Source: Macrostomum lignano (lineage: Eukaryota). Taken from it: DNA of 64,000 nucleotides. How positions within the stretch are numbered: position 1 is the stretch's first letter; every line of letters begins with the position of its first letter. The stretch spans positions 186,001 to 250,000 of the forward strand of contig NIVC01000247.1 of assembly GCA_002269645.1 (NCBI GenBank). Direction: 5' to 3'. The notes under the pieces were generated by a model, which was not told the DNA's origin, ran no database searches, and was given only the letters and a program-made list of their open reading frames with translations. The translations under genes and the position numbers were made by a program. Shown piece after piece: positions 60,640-64,000 of the stretch.

Positions 60640-62492
60640 ATGGGATCGGTTGATGGCAGTGTGGGATCGGTTGATGGCATTGTGGGATCGGTTGATGGCA
60701 GTGTGGGATCGGTTGATGGCATTGTGGGATCGGTTGATGGCATTGTGGGATCGGTTGATGGCATTGTGGGATCGGTTGATGGCATTGTGGGATCGGTTGA
60801 TGGCAGTGTGGGATCGGTTGATGGCATTGTGGGATCGGTTGATGGCATTGTGGGATCGGTTGATGGCAGTGTGGGATCGGTTGATGGCATTGTGGGATCG
60901 GTTGATGGCATTGTGGGATCGGTTGATGGCATTGTGGGATCGGTTGATGGCATTGTGGGATCGGTTGATGGCAGTGTGGGATCGGTTGATGGCATTGTGG
61001 GATCGGTTGATGGCATTGTGGGATCGGTTGATGGCAGTGTGGGATCGGTTGATGGCATTGTGGGATCGGTTGATGGCATTGTGGGATCGGTTGATGGCAG
61101 TGTGGGATCGGTTGATGGCATTGTGGGATCGGTTGATGGCAGTGTGGGATCGGTTGATGGCAGTGTGGGATCGGTTGATGGCAGTGTGGGATCGGTTGAT
61201 GGCATAGTGGGATCGGTTGCTGCCATTTTGAGATCGGTTGATGGCAGTGTGGGATCGGTTGATGGCAGTGTGGGATCGGTTGATGGCAGTGTGGGATCGG
61301 TTGATGGCAGTGTGGGATCGGTTGATGGCAGTGTGGGATCGGTTGATGGCAGTGTGGGATCGGTTGATGGCAGTGTGGGATCGGTTGACGGCAGTGTGGG
61401 ATCGGTTGCTGCCATTTTGAGATCGGTTGATGGCAGTGTGGGATCGGTTGATGGCAGTGTGGGATCGGTTGACGGCAGTGTGGGATCGGTTGCTGCCATT
61501 TTGAGATCGGTTGATGGCAGTGTGGGATCGGTTGATGGCAGTGTGGGATCGGTTGATGGCAGTGTGGGATCGGTTGATGGCAGTGTGGGATCGGTTGATG
61601 GCAGTGTGGGATCGGTTGATGGCAGTGTGGGATCGGTTGCTGCCATTTTGAGATCGGTTGATGGCAGTGTGGGATCGGTTGATGGCAGTGTGGGATCGGT
61701 TGATGGCAGTGTGGGATCGGTTGATGGCAGTGTGGGATCGGTTGATGGCATAGTGGGATCGGTTGCTGCCATTTTGAGATCGGTTGATGGCAGTGTGGGA
61801 TCGGTTGATGGCAGTGTGGGATCGGTTGATGGCAGTGTGGGATCGGTTGATGGCAGTGTGGGATCGGTTGATGGCAGTGTGGGATCGGTTGATGGCAGTG
61901 TGGGATCGGTTGATGGCAGTGTGGGATCGGTTGACGGCAGTGTGGGATCGGTTGCTGCCATTTTGAGATCGGTTGATGGCAGTGTGGGATCGGTTGATGG
62001 CAGTGTGGGATCGGTTGACGGCATTGTGGGATCGGTTGCTGCCATTTTGAGATCGGTTGATGGCAGTGTGGGATCGGTTGATGGCAGTGTGGGATCGGTT
62101 GATGGCAGTGTGGGATCGGTTGATGGCAGTGTGGGATCGGTTGATGGCAGTGTGGGATCGGTTGATGGCAGTGTGGGATCGGTTGCTGCCATTTTGAGAT
62201 CGGTTGATGGCAGTGTGGGATCGGTTGATGGCAGTGTGGGATCGGTTGATGGCAGTGTGGGATCGGTTGATGGCAGTGTGGGATCGGTTGATGGCAGTGT
62301 GGGATCGGTTGATGGCAGTGTGGGATCGGTTGATGGCAGTGTGGGATCGGTTGATGGCATTGTGGGATCGGTTGATGGCAGTGTGGGATCGGTTGATGGC
62401 AGTGTGGGATCGGTTGATGGCAGTGTGGGATCGGTTGATGGCATTGTGGGATCGGTTGATGGCAGTGTGGGATCGGTTGATGGCATTGTGGG
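60640..62492. repeat. 21-bp minisatellite gtgggatcggttgatggca(g/t)t (intron 32)
   Basis: Visible tandem units with a periodic variant ggttgctgccattttgagatc. Confidence 0.97.
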
Positions 62493-63174
62493 ATTGTACG
62501 AGTACAAGCCAGCTTCGAGGAAGTGACCCCCATTTGGTGAAATCGCATTGGAAGATTTCTGTATAGAGAAGTCTTAAACAGTTTCTGCACTTCTTGTGTA
62601 ACACAGCTCAGCATCTCAGTTAACTGCTTCGCACTTCATGATTGACGAGGTGTTGGGAATTTCGCACCCTAATCAATTAGCAGAGTTGGCTTAGCAATAC
62701 ATGCCGTATTGTAAATTACATAAAGGCTTTTTATATTTCTTTTTTTCGATAAAAAATTGCAGCGATCAACAGAATCAACTTCTGTAAGAATTCATTTCTG
62801 ACTGCAGTGAAGAAGCACTGGGCGGCTTGCCTTGGCTTAAAAGCTTTTCCTTCTAACCTTTTTGTTGCTTATTGCAGACTGAGCTGATCCTCTGTTTTCC
62901 GTCTGCTTCAAGGCTTCGTTTGATGTCATTTTCATTGCGTCAGTTTTGTGTACTAACTAACCAAACCTTTTTACTGTGTTTTCAAGTAACATTTTCTTTT
63001 TAAAACATTTGACTTTTATCGTAATTCAACACGTTATTAACTAGGAACCCTTGAACAACCAGCAGGCCCAACCTCTGGTCAAGCAATGCAGTTTGATTTG
63101 TTATACTTTAATTCGCATAAGAAGACTTGTTTCGACTGTAACTTGCTTTGAACGTATGGGTGGATTCGTGAATG

Positions 63175-64000
63175 CGTTAGCGGATGCGTGGGTTGATGCG
63201 TGGGCGGAGATATTGGTACGGGCTCGTAGATGCGTGGGTGGAGATATTGGTGGATGCGTAGGTAGAGATATTGGTGAATGCGTGGGTGGAGATATTGGTG
63301 GATGCGTGGGTGGAGATATTGGTGGATGCGTGGGTGGAGATATTGGTGGATGCGTGGGTGGAGATATTGGTGGATGCGTGGGTGGAGATATTGGTGGATG
63401 CGTGGGTGGAGATATTGGTGGATGCGTGGGTGGAGATATTGGTGGATGCGTGGGTGGAGATTTTGGTGGATGCGTGGGTGGAGATTTTGGTGGATGCGTG
63501 GGTGGATATATTAGTGAATGCGTGGGTGGATATTTTGGTGGATGCGTGGGTGGATATATTAGTGAATGCGTGGGTGGATATTTTGGTGGATGCGTGGGTG
63601 AAGATTTTGGTGGATGCGTGGGTGAAGATTTTGGTGGATGCGTGGGTGGAGATTTTGGTGGATGCGTGGGTGAAGATTTTAGTGGATGCGTGGGTGGATA
63701 TTTTGGTGGATGCGTGGGTGAAGATTTTGGTGGATGCGTGGGTGGAGATTTTGGTGGATGCGTGGGTGAAGATTTTGGTGGATGCGTGGGTGGATATTTT
63801 GGTGGATGCGTGGGTGGAGATTTTGGTGGATGCGTGGGTGGATATTTTGGTGGATGCGTGGGTGGAGATTTTGGTGGATGCGTGGGTGAAGATTTTGGTG
63901 GATGCGTGGGTGGATATTTTGGTGGATGCGTGGGTGGAGATTTTGGTGGATGCGTGGGTGAAGATTTTGGTGGATGCGTGGGTGAAGATTTTGGTGGATG
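63175..64000. repeat. 24-bp minisatellite ggtggatgcgtgggtggagat(a/t)tt, running off the window
   Basis: Visible tandem units. Confidence 0.96.

Overview
Animal genomic DNA with GC-rich exons in AT-rich, minisatellite-packed introns. The style resembles the free-living flatworm Macrostomum, but this is inference only. The first ~23 kb is a nest of mobile elements: a Merlin/ISXO2-like transposase relic, a decayed Gypsy pol, a 554-bp hAT-like TIR element with an 8-bp TSD, and a ~8-kb 25-bp minisatellite split by an apparently full-length LOA-type non-LTR retrotransposon (ORF1 plus APE-RT-RNaseH-CCHC ORF2, 13-bp TSD). These are followed by a 1.1-kb retroposed insert with a 14-bp TSD and a foldback-like element with an 8-bp TSD. 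Two + strand host genes follow. INSIG has 2 coding exons (208 aa). CFAP46/TTC40 has 32 exons reconstructed by hand with consistent phases (2488 codons) and runs off the right end of the window. Most of the long CFAP46 introns carry their own tandem repeat. Most long ORFs in the supplied track are translation artefacts of these repeats.
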